Program-made: the position numbers and the translations under genes | Assembly: GCA_018303805.1 (NCBI GenBank) | Contig: JAGVXL010000001.1 | Location: 110,208-174,207 of the forward strand | From: Candidatus Pacearchaeota archaeon | GTDB taxonomy: Archaea > Nanobdellota > Nanobdellia > Pacearchaeales > DTIR01 | DNA: 64,000 bases | Direction: 5' to 3' | The notes under the pieces: generated by a model | What the model was told of the DNA's origin: nothing | Database searches by the model: none | The model's input: the letters and a program-made list of their open reading frames with translations, nothing else | Part shown: positions 55,802-64,000 of the stretch, piece after piece | How the letters are laid out: the number at the start of each line of letters is the position of its first letter | Position numbering within the stretch: the stretch's first letter is position 1

Positions 55802-56993
55802 ATTTATTGCCTTTAGGTTTTCTGAGTGATAGCATTACTATTATCGCTATCAGGATAACTATCCCTGTTGTTATAGAAACGTAAACCATAAGCCTCTTTA
55901 TCTCTTCTGGGTCAACAAGCATCTTAACTCTTATATCCTGCTCTGTGCTGTTCCCTGCGAAATACAAAATTAGTTTCCCATCATAGTACTGTGCTTTTTT
56001 GTCTGTTGTCTCCCAGTATGTTGAGAGTGCTGAAATTTCCCAAGGTTGCAGAGTTATCGAAGGTGTTCTTAATGTTTCGTTCTCTATTCTAACATCGGCG
56101 TAAACATTTTCAATCAGGCTGTTCCATCTGCTTTCAACATCAATGTTGAACCTATTTACCTTATTTCTCGTAAATTCTTTGGTATAATTGACAACTTTCA
56201 CAGCAAGAATGCCTATTTTGAATTTCGATGACATGTTTGCATCTTTGCTATCATAATATACTGTTGCGACTGCATTGTACTCGCCAGATTCAAAATTTCT
56301 GGTGTCGAGGCTTGCAGACAAGGTTAGAGCCTCATTAGAAGCTAATGGCTTTTCTTCAGTCTGAACTGTAGTGATTTTCTTGCTGAATCCCTTTTCGCTA
56401 GGCCCAAAAATGTCAATTACTGCCCTGACATTATTTATGCTCGCTTCAGTCCAGCTTTTCACAGAAATCTTTAAATTTAGGGTGTCTCCAACATCTATAT
56501 TTGGCACATCAAAACTTTCTATCTTAAGATATTTTTCTGAATAAAGAACCCTAACACCAATAATAGAGCACACCTTTGCTCTTACACTGATGCTGCCCCC
56601 TCCAGATGATGCTTCTGCCACACATATCCGTGTTTCATGTAAACCTGCAGAAGGTTTTTGTTCTGGGAATTGTAAAGTTGCACTAAAGCTCTTTGTCTGT
56701 CCTGGCCAGACATTTTTTATCAAGTTGTTGCTGAGAGTGAAATACTCTGGAAATGCCCCTTCAACTATCACCTCATAATCCATAACTGTCTGTGCGCTGG
56801 ACACCATGATATATGAAAATGTTTTTTTCAAGCCCTGAATGAAATCCAATTGGGTATTGAGCTCACCACTGTAACTGCCCAAACCGACTGCATAAGCCTC
56901 TTGAGAGAAGATAATCAGGGACATAACAAGAATTAATATTAAAATAGATTTATCTTTCATTTTTTCAGCCTCTCTTATCCTTAATACCCCCAA
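55779..56993 (-). CDS. Secreted, C-terminally anchored 404-aa protein, hypothetical
   Basis: Signal peptide MKDKSILILILVMSLIIFSQEAYA. C-terminal TM ITTGIVILIAIIVMLSL plus a basic tail. Confidence 0.55.
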   Translation of the reverse strand: MGVLRIREAEKMKDKSILILILVMSLIIFSQEAYAVGLGSYSGELNTQLDFIQGLKKTFSYIMVSSAQTVMDYEVIVEGAFPEYFTLSNNLIKNVWPGQTKSFSATLQFPEQKPSAGLHETRICVAEASSGGGSISVRAKVCSIIGVRVLYSEKYLKIESFDVPNIDVGDTLNLKISVKSWTEASINNVRAVIDIFGPSEKGFSKKITTVQTEEKPLASNEALTLSASLDTRNFESGEYNAVATVYYDSKDANMSSKFKIGILAVKVVNYTKEFTRNKVNRFNIDVESRWNSLIENVYADVRIENETLRTPSITLQPWEISALSTYWETTDKKAQYYDGKLILYFAGNSTEQDIRVKMLVDPEEIKRLMVYVSITTGIVILIAIIVMLSLRKPKGNKYEKTKKK

Positions 56994-57169
56994 TAAGATG
57001 TAAATAAATAGTTTTCGGTTCTGTGCTGGTTCATGATATCTACAGCAGTATCATACCTTTTTTGGTTTTTATAGTTATTTATATCAAATCATATTAAGAA
57101 ATAATAATTACAAAAAACTCTGCTCAACTAAAGATTCTAAAATTATAACAAAAAAATAAAAAATAAAAT

Positions 57170-57841
57170 TTAAACTGCACCTGGGCTCTGCACTGCTGTG
57201 AATGTCAATTGTGCTGTCTTGTTTCCTGTAGCTACATCTCCAGGTATAAGCAATTCAATGGTTACATTCAGTGAATTTTCACTTGCCTGATATGAAAAAT
57301 TCTCGCAGACTTTGTACTTTGTTGATGCTGCGGCAAATGATGTAAGTGCAGCGATTGAACCCCCTGCGGAAGCACATGAGCCTGATTCATTGTTGTAAGG
57401 CGCAAACTTAATTGCGGGGTCTGGTATAGCTCCTGCACCGCCGCCAATCATTGTTGCAGCAGTTGAGCCTGACTCAACACTTATATTAAGATATACCGAG
57501 CCTGTGTTTTCTAATGATAAATCCTTTGCAGCCCACGTTGTGCCTGACACTGTCCATGCTGCTGGTGTGGAATTGCTGCTGTTCAATACAGCAAAATTCT
57601 GAGCCACAACATAACCAACCCCGAAATCAACTGCATTCGGCTGTGCGACAGTAAACTGCGCGAGACTTAAAACAGAAACATTTACCCTTCCCGTTGAGCC
57701 AAGCCCAGTTATCCCGCTTAATGCAGGAATTATATTGACAAGATTTGTAACCTGCGTTACTGTCAGGATTGCTCCGCCAATTGAGATTACTATAGCCACT
57801 ACAAGCAATGCTGCAAGTGTTCTATTTGAAATCTCAGTCAT
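57170..57841 (-). CDS. Ala/Ser/Thr/Gly-rich secreted protein with a hydrophobic N-terminus (candidate pilin or sheath subunit)
   Basis: MTEISNRTLAALLVVAIVISIGGAILTV, followed by a low-complexity beta-type sequence with NxS/T sites. Confidence 0.45.
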   Translation of the reverse strand: MTEISNRTLAALLVVAIVISIGGAILTVTQVTNLVNIIPALSGITGLGSTGRVNVSVLSLAQFTVAQPNAVDFGVGYVVAQNFAVLNSSNSTPAAWTVSGTTWAAKDLSLENTGSVYLNISVESGSTAATMIGGGAGAIPDPAIKFAPYNNESGSCASAGGSIAALTSFAAASTKYKVCENFSYQASENSLNVTIELLIPGDVATGNKTAQLTFTAVQSPGAV

Positions 57842-57958
57842 TTTTTAACCTCCTTTCAATTTTTACCTAAATTTAATATTTATTATGATTTCCTCTTGCT
57901 TGCTATTTTAATCTTTTCAGCAAAAGTTTATCTCTTAATAAACTAAACTTGTCATTGC

Positions 57959-58213
57959 CTATGACTTTATGACTCCTATATTTACTATCGCCTTTCCAGT
58001 TAAAGGATTTATAGTAGGTTTTGATTCTGCTCCAGGCCCAGTTACCCCCACGCTAATTTTGGCATAACCTGCAGAAGGCATTGCTTCATACTCCTGCTTG
58101 ACAGAAGTTATCATATCCAAAACATACCATGTGCTTATGACAGAAAGCAAAATTGTCAGTACAAGCAAAACAAGTATCGTGGTCCTGGCAACATCCTGCT
58201 TTTTTGCTGGCAT
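57959..58213 (-). CDS. Small (84-aa) pilin-like membrane protein
   Basis: MPAKKQDVARTTILVLLVLTILLSVISTWYVL: a basic start followed by a hydrophobic helix. Confidence 0.45.
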   Translation of the reverse strand: MPAKKQDVARTTILVLLVLTILLSVISTWYVLDMITSVKQEYEAMPSAGYAKISVGVTGPGAESKPTINPLTGKAIVNIGVIKS

Positions 58214-58492
58214 TTTTAAATTCTAAACCTCTTTAGAGTATTAATTCTACAGTTACAGCAAGTTTATAAATATTTCTCCTTTCCAAAATTTCTGGAAAAT
58301 TGTGCTGTTTTCCTTATTTCTAACAGAAAGACACATTTATAAATTTTTCTGTTCGCCCCCCCCCATTTTCCGACGAGAAATAAAAATCATCTTGATTTTT
58401 CTGGGGATAAATCAAAGAAAATACCATAAAGAATGAAAAAAATAGTTAAAATAATTACTTTGCATTCAAAATTTCAGGAAAATACATAGAAT

Positions 58493-58912
58493 TTAGATAA
58501 CTTTCAGTTTCTTAATGCCAAAATATTCTTTCAGTATGCCTTCAAGCTCGTTAAGCCTTGCCTTATTTCTGCCGATAATCATTGCCTTAGACTGTCTAGG
58601 CGCTATGATACATCCCTCTTCACCTTCTATGCTAAAACTTCTGATAGGAATTGGATAGACAAGGCGTGAAATAAAAATTTCTGCATCCTGTACAGAAGAT
58701 GGGGCGGCGATAATCCTTACCTTCCTCCTTAAAATTGATGACAACTTCCTCAGATTTTCTGCACCTTTTCCAATGGCTCTTGCAACTAAACCTGGATTCA
58801 CAACGAAGAATATAATATCATTGAAACGGAAACAGTGTTTTGTTCTTAAGCCAATCACCCTCTCAAAAAAATTCATATACTGTATAAACTGCATCTCCAG
58901 TGTTTTAACCAT
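58493..58912 (-). CDS. nusA: Archaeal NusA-like KH-domain protein
   Basis: 139 aa immediately downstream of rpoA. The KH-type GxxG motif AIGKGAENLRKL and the second motif IIGRNKARL fit the size and position of archaeal NusA. Confidence 0.65.
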   Translation of the reverse strand: MVKTLEMQFIQYMNFFERVIGLRTKHCFRFNDIIFFVVNPGLVARAIGKGAENLRKLSSILRRKVRIIAAPSSVQDAEIFISRLVYPIPIRSFSIEGEEGCIIAPRQSKAMIIGRNKARLNELEGILKEYFGIKKLKVI

Positions 58913-58919
58913 TTTTGCC

Positions 58920-61900
58920 CTATTCTTTTTCAGTTCCCTTGCTGTCCTTGCTTAACTTGCCGGTTATCTTAACCAACAGGCCAGGCAGGCCAGTGCCTAC
59001 AGGAACAGGCTGATTCAAGATTACATTTTCTATGACACTTGCTAGCTCGTCTTTCTGGTTTTTTAAAGTTGCATTAACAAAATGCTTTATAGGGGTTTCA
59101 AACGAGGCTCTTGCGAGTATGGAGGATTTTTGGTTGATTATGCCAATCCTTGTTGTGCCTTTTATCTCTCCAGATGAAGTCATGGCATCAGCAACAAGCC
59201 GGACATGCCTCTCATCTATGTTCAATCCCTGGAATTCTATAACCTTTAAAGTTTCATTTATTATTGCCTGCTTTGCCGCCTCTATTCCCAGGACTTCTGC
59301 AGTCTCAAAAATATCGTTTGTTGTTGTCTTGTTTGCATTTACGCCCTTGAAATTTAGAATCTCTTTTAAGTTCGAGCCTGCAGTAAGGATGACATAACCC
59401 TCTTCCCTTTTAACAGGCAGAACTTGTTTGATTCCTTCAATTCCCGAAACGGCTATGTTCTTCATCTTTTCCTTTAATTTGTAAAGATCCTTGAAGTCCA
59501 GTTTCTCTGCCTTTACTACTATGCTGCCATTTTCAAGTTTTGCTTTTAAATCATTTTCACTTAATCTTTTGACAATAGTTTCTGCTGAAGAATGCGCCTG
59601 TTTTATCGCTTTCTTATCAAGAGATATCTCAATCTTCTTGCCTGTGAAATTTACTGTTAATGATTCAGCGATATCTTTAACTGAAATTTCTTTTATTTTC
59701 TCAGCAATAACCCTTGCAGATTCCTCGTTGTTTGATTCTGAATCAAGGTAGATTTCCATTGCAGGAGTTGAAGGTTTTTTTCTTGCATCAAAGATTTCAA
59801 TTAAGCGGGGCAGGCCCAATGTTACCTGCATTTCAGAAATGCCTGCAAAGTGGAAAACATTCAATGTCATCTGTGTTGATGGCTCCCCGAAAGATTGCGC
59901 TGTTATTATGCCTATTGCCTCTGCAGGGGCAATCTTCTTATCAGGCAGATGTAACCTGCTTGTGTCATTCCCATCATCTCCATATTCAAACTGGATTATA
60001 TTGCCAGAAGCGTCTCTTACAGTAAGGTCATATTCTATTTTTAAATCCTGCAATGCATTTGCCAATCTTCTGTATAGATAACCAGAACGGGGAGTCCTTA
60101 ATGCAGTATCCATAAGGGAGTCTCTGCCAGTCATCGCTCCGAAGAAGAACTCGTAAGGTTTTAATCCATCTAAAAATGAGGAATAAATAAAGCCGCGAGC
60201 TATTGGGGACAAATCATTATTCTTGAAAAATGATAGTGTTCTGTTACTGTAGCCTAAGTTTATTCTTTTACCCCATAATGCCTGCTGCCCAACAGAACAA
60301 GCCATCTGGGTGATATACACAACGTTCCCCCCAGCACCAGATAGAATCATAATATTCACGGGATTTGTTTTTGGTATTTCCCTTTTTACAACAGTGCCTA
60401 CTTTGCTTCTTACTTCATTCAGAACCTGCAATATTTTAATCTCTCTTGTTTCTTCAAGTGTCTTGCCAGGCACTGGCTCAAGGGTGTTGCTAAAGTAAGA
60501 ATCTATAATCCCCTTAACTTTCCGTTCAGCTTCATTTATTGTGTTCTTGGTTATCTCTTTTACAATATTAGGCACTTTTATGTCTTCAAGCGAGATTGTA
60601 AATCCTTTTCTTGATAGATATAAACTGCCCAAGCTGAAAATTTTCCTCAGCACATTTATTGTTTCATTTCTTCCAACTTTGATATCCAGTATTTTAAGCA
60701 AGATGCTGTCCTCGACACCAAAAGCGTGGTTATCTATAACTCCTGAAATAAACCTCCCATTTTCAATCTTTAAATAGGCATTATAGGGGCAATTCTCTTT
60801 CTTGCAGTTTCTGTAACAGTTTTCTTCAGAGGCCTTCAAGTCATAATACTTGCAGTCCTGCCCAAAACATGCCTTTGTCTTTATTGCAAAATCGATTTTT
60901 GGCAATAAAGAAGAGAAAATATCCTTTCCCTCATTTATATGTTTTATTTCATTGATATCTGCTCCGGCTTCCATTAATAGTTGGCATGCCTCCTCTCTCC
61001 CAAATTTTCTGTCAGTGAGCAAGTAATTGCCGGTTATTGCATCTGCAATGCAGCCGAGCACATTAGTGTTGTTTTTTGGGGATATTAATTGTTGGTTTAC
61101 CTCAAGCAGAACTTTTGCTTCTGTCCTAGCCTCTTCTGTTTGTGGCGAGTGAATATTCATTTCATCACCGTCAAAATCAGCGTTGTAGGGGAAGGTCACA
61201 GCAGGGTGCAGCCGGAAAGTTCTTCCAGGGAGTATCTTTGCAAAATGAGCCATCAAGCTCATTTTATGCAGGGAGGGATGCCTGTTAAAAAGCAGTATAT
61301 CCCCGTCTCTCAATTGCCTCTCGACTGTATAACCAATAGCAATCTCATCAGCCAAGTCTTCCTGCAAATCTGGAGTTATTCTTTTTCTCTTTCCATCAGG
61401 CCTTACAATATAATTTGCAGCAGGATAATCTTTGGAGAGTATAAATTTTTTCAGGAAGTCAATGTTAGAAGAATTAACAGTCTCGTTAACAGTTAGGATT
61501 TTTGCAATCTGCAGTGGCACGCCAACTTCATTCAGTTGGATAAAAGGGTCTGGAGAAATAACGCTTCTAGAAGAGAAATTAACTCTCTTGCCTGCGAGGT
61601 TATGCCTGATTCTGCCTTGCTTTCCTTTTATCCTTTCGCTTATTGTCTTTAATGGCTGCCCGCTTCTGTGTCTCGCAGGAGGTATCTGCGGAACAGAATT
61701 ATCAAAGAATGTTGTTGCGTGATACTGCAGCAAGTCCCATAAATCCTCAATTATGACTTCAGGAGCCCCCGCATTCAGGTTTTCCCACAATCTTTGGTTG
61801 GCTCTTACAATATCACTCAGCTTGTGTGTGAGGTCATCTTCGCTTCTCTCTCCGTTTTCCAATGTTATTGATGGCCTTGATGTTACAGGAGGCACTAACA

Positions 61901-62480
61901 GCAAGGTTAAAACAGCCCATTCTGGCTTGGCTGTTCTTGGATTGATGCCTAACAATTTTAAATCTTCCTCGTTAACTTTTGTAAGTCTTGCCCTTACTTC
62001 TGTAGGGAATATTCTTTTTTTTCCTACTAGGAAAGATGTTGGCTTCTCAAGCTTTACTTTTTCCTGCATGGCATTGCAGTAGGGGCATTTTTTTGCATCT
62101 TTTGACTTTTTAATTCTCATTGCAGCAGAATATTTTTCAATATCTCTTTGTGAGAGCAGAATTTTATTGCAGGTCTGGCATGTGCTTCTCAAAACCCTTT
62201 CAATTATGCTTACGTATTTTATGTGTATGATAGGCCTAGCCATCTCTATATAGCCAAAGTGCCCGAGGCATTCTTTTAGCCTGCCGCCGCAAGTTCTGCA
62301 TCTCACGCCAGGGTCGATTGCTCCGAGCTTCAAATCCATCAAGCCCCCATCTACAGGATAGCCATCCATGTCATAAAGCTCAGGAGTCACAATTTTTGCA
62401 ACTCCGATTTTCTTTATCTCCTCCGGGCTAAGCAAGCCGAAGCTTATGCTCTTAATCTGTTTTCTTATTATCTCTGACAT
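58920..62480 (-). CDS. rpoA: DNA-directed RNA polymerase largest subunit, apparently an A'-A'' fusion (1186 aa)
   Basis: N-terminal zinc-binding CRTCGGRLKEC...GHFGYIE. Catalytic NADFDGDEMN. A trigger-loop / A''-type segment FGEPSTQMTLNVFHFAG in the C-terminal third. No separate rpoA2 or rpl30e lies between this gene and nusA. Confidence 0.8.
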   Translation of the reverse strand: MSEIIRKQIKSISFGLLSPEEIKKIGVAKIVTPELYDMDGYPVDGGLMDLKLGAIDPGVRCRTCGGRLKECLGHFGYIEMARPIIHIKYVSIIERVLRSTCQTCNKILLSQRDIEKYSAAMRIKKSKDAKKCPYCNAMQEKVKLEKPTSFLVGKKRIFPTEVRARLTKVNEEDLKLLGINPRTAKPEWAVLTLLLVPPVTSRPSITLENGERSEDDLTHKLSDIVRANQRLWENLNAGAPEVIIEDLWDLLQYHATTFFDNSVPQIPPARHRSGQPLKTISERIKGKQGRIRHNLAGKRVNFSSRSVISPDPFIQLNEVGVPLQIAKILTVNETVNSSNIDFLKKFILSKDYPAANYIVRPDGKRKRITPDLQEDLADEIAIGYTVERQLRDGDILLFNRHPSLHKMSLMAHFAKILPGRTFRLHPAVTFPYNADFDGDEMNIHSPQTEEARTEAKVLLEVNQQLISPKNNTNVLGCIADAITGNYLLTDRKFGREEACQLLMEAGADINEIKHINEGKDIFSSLLPKIDFAIKTKACFGQDCKYYDLKASEENCYRNCKKENCPYNAYLKIENGRFISGVIDNHAFGVEDSILLKILDIKVGRNETINVLRKIFSLGSLYLSRKGFTISLEDIKVPNIVKEITKNTINEAERKVKGIIDSYFSNTLEPVPGKTLEETREIKILQVLNEVRSKVGTVVKREIPKTNPVNIMILSGAGGNVVYITQMACSVGQQALWGKRINLGYSNRTLSFFKNNDLSPIARGFIYSSFLDGLKPYEFFFGAMTGRDSLMDTALRTPRSGYLYRRLANALQDLKIEYDLTVRDASGNIIQFEYGDDGNDTSRLHLPDKKIAPAEAIGIITAQSFGEPSTQMTLNVFHFAGISEMQVTLGLPRLIEIFDARKKPSTPAMEIYLDSESNNEESARVIAEKIKEISVKDIAESLTVNFTGKKIEISLDKKAIKQAHSSAETIVKRLSENDLKAKLENGSIVVKAEKLDFKDLYKLKEKMKNIAVSGIEGIKQVLPVKREEGYVILTAGSNLKEILNFKGVNANKTTTNDIFETAEVLGIEAAKQAIINETLKVIEFQGLNIDERHVRLVADAMTSSGEIKGTTRIGIINQKSSILARASFETPIKHFVNATLKNQKDELASVIENVILNQPVPVGTGLPGLLVKITGKLSKDSKGTEKE

Positions 62481-62484
62481 TTTT

Positions 62485-62636
62485 TACATGGAAATTGAAT
62501 TGTTAATTTCAAATGAATTATCTGATAATTTCTTTGCTGAAGTGTAATCAATCATAGCAAGGATGTTTCCTTTTATTGCAGCATCTAAATCTTCCTGCCT
62601 TCTTTCAAATAATTTTGCTTGTGTATATTGTTCCAT
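62485..62636 (-). CDS. Possible small (50-aa) ORF between rpoB and rpoA
   Basis: MEQYTQAKLFERRQEDLDAAIKGNILAMIDYTSAKKLSDNSFEINNSISM. Its stop abuts the rpoA start. It fills an otherwise unexplained 170-nt gap. Confidence 0.2.
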
Positions 62637-62650
62637 TCTCAATTTTTTTC

Positions 62651-64000
62651 TCACTCATATTTGTTTTTCAGTTCAAATCTCGGCAGGATATGCAGAGAGA
62701 TAAGCTCATCAACAAGAAGCTTGAAGGCATATGAAATTTGCACTGGCTCTACAGGGGATGTTTGGCATAGAGGACAGTAAATCTTGCTGTGTATGTTGTC
62801 CTTGATTGCCATAACCCCGCATTTTGTGCAAACATGGACAGTAACCTTGTCTGAATCATACCTCTCTTTTAAAAGAAGGGATGCTCCATGTGCAACTAAT
62901 GCCTGCTGCTCCATTTCACCTAATCTTAATGCCCCCCCTTTGCTTCTGCCCTCTATTGGCTGTCTTGTCAGCAAGGTAACTTTTCCAAGTGCCCTTGCAT
63001 GCATCTTGTTTGAAACCATATATTTAAGCTTGAGGTAGTACATATCCCCCATATAAATTTTTACGTTGTACATCTCCCCTGTTATGCCATTGAACAGGGT
63101 TTCTTTTCCGTCATACCTAAATCCAGAGTCCTGCAACTCTTTTTCAAGCTCAGTTATGCTTGTGCCTGAGAACATTGTGCCATCAATACTCTTGCCGGTT
63201 AATGAGCCAACCTTGCCTGCCAACATTTCGAGCAAGTATCCAACAGTCATTCTGCTAGGCACACCGTGAGGGTTGAAAATTACATCCGGCCTCATGCCTC
63301 TTGAAGTAAAAGGCATATCCTCTTCTGGGACTATTGCCCCTATAACCCCCTTCTGCCCATGCGCAGTGGCGAACTTGTCCCCTAATTCAGGTATCTTTTC
63401 ATCTCTTGTCCTTGCCTGCACTATTCTATTGCCTTCAGGGTCAGCAGTTACAAAAACAGCGTCAATTGTTCCTCGCTCTTCCTGCCTTATAGCCATCGAG
63501 CTTTCTTTCCTTGCCTTTATTGCGATTTCTCCGGCTTCACTTAAAAATTTAGGCGGGGAGGTTTTGCCTATTACAACATCATTCTCCTGCATTTCTGCTT
63601 CTGGATAGGCGATGCCGTCATCCTCCAGAAATCTGTAGCTCGCTTCTGTCCTGTAGCCGCTTGTGTCCTTGCTAGGAACACAAATTGCGTCTGATAACCC
63701 CCCTGTGAAATGCATTTCAGTGGTTTTGTAAGGCCTGAAATACGTGCTTCTTCCCAATCCCCTTTCAATTGAACCCTTGTTTATCACAATTGCATCTTCT
63801 ATATTATAGCCCTCATATGTCAATATAGCAACAACGACATTTTGCCCAGCAGGATAAATGTTAAGGGTATCATAAACAAAGCTTCTGACAATCGGTTTTT
63901 GCGGATAGTGCAGCAAGCTTACATCGGTATCAACTCTGCATAAAAAATTTGCAGAATATAATCCAAGAGCCTGTTTTTGTGTTTTGCCCCCCCTGTTAAG
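62651..64000 (-). CDS. rpoB: DNA-directed RNA polymerase subunit B (B' / C-terminal part); the 5' end lies beyond the window
   Basis: GDKFATAHGQKGVIGAIVPEEDMPF...PSRMTVGYLLEMLAGK and the C-terminal zinc ribbon CTKCG...CPLC. The reading frame stays open upstream of the annotated TTG at 63916 through to position 64000 (...GLYSANFLCRVDTDVSLLHYPQKP). Confidence 0.85.
   Translation of the reverse strand, partial: LNRGGKTQKQALGLYSANFLCRVDTDVSLLHYPQKPIVRSFVYDTLNIYPAGQNVVVAILTYEGYNIEDAIVINKGSIERGLGRSTYFRPYKTTEMHFTGGLSDAICVPSKDTSGYRTEASYRFLEDDGIAYPEAEMQENDVVIGKTSPPKFLSEAGEIAIKARKESSMAIRQEERGTIDAVFVTADPEGNRIVQARTRDEKIPELGDKFATAHGQKGVIGAIVPEEDMPFTSRGMRPDVIFNPHGVPSRMTVGYLLEMLAGKVGSLTGKSIDGTMFSGTSITELEKELQDSGFRYDGKETLFNGITGEMYNVKIYMGDMYYLKLKYMVSNKMHARALGKVTLLTRQPIEGRSKGGALRLGEMEQQALVAHGASLLLKERYDSDKVTVHVCTKCGVMAIKDNIHSKIYCPLCQTSPVEPVQISYAFKLLVDELISLHILPRFELKNKYE

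Overview
This window looks like an archaeal chromosomal segment with low GC; the gene content suggests a DPANN-like lineage. Evidence for archaeal origin: a split-gene-style RNA polymerase cluster (rpoB, then an A'/A''-like rpoA, then a NusA-like KH protein), family-B DNA polymerase, FEN-1, RNase HII, Kae1, a class-I CCA-adding enzyme, an SMC-type ATPase, an SRP RNA candidate, and six tRNAs. Four of the six tRNAs carry introns at position 37/38; one tRNA-Glu intron is about 149 nt. The rest of the window is dominated by cell-surface genes: at least seven pilin-like proteins with class-III-type signal peptides (one cluster of five), several giant secreted proteins with PKD domains, Cys-rich repeats and poly-Gly linkers, and a MoxR-DUF58-vWA operon. 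Accessory-looking content includes a low-GC island next to a tRNA with three small wHTH proteins, 59-bp direct repeats and a RelE-like TA pair, a second RelE-like TA pair, and an AT-rich HNH endonuclease gene. The candidates I consider most worth follow-up are: (1) a MEMO1-like / radical SAM / SLOG (nucleoside 2-deoxyribosyltransferase-like) operon; (2) an 868-aa coiled-coil protein fused to a C-terminal metallophosphoesterase, in an operon with a second phosphoesterase; (3) an SMC-headed protein whose hinge is replaced by a central CxxC zinc-hook-like motif; (4) a small GTPase / pilin / DUF operon; (5) a roughly 230-nt structured non-coding locus with a 10-bp terminal helix. All calls were made by eye from motifs; no database search was run.
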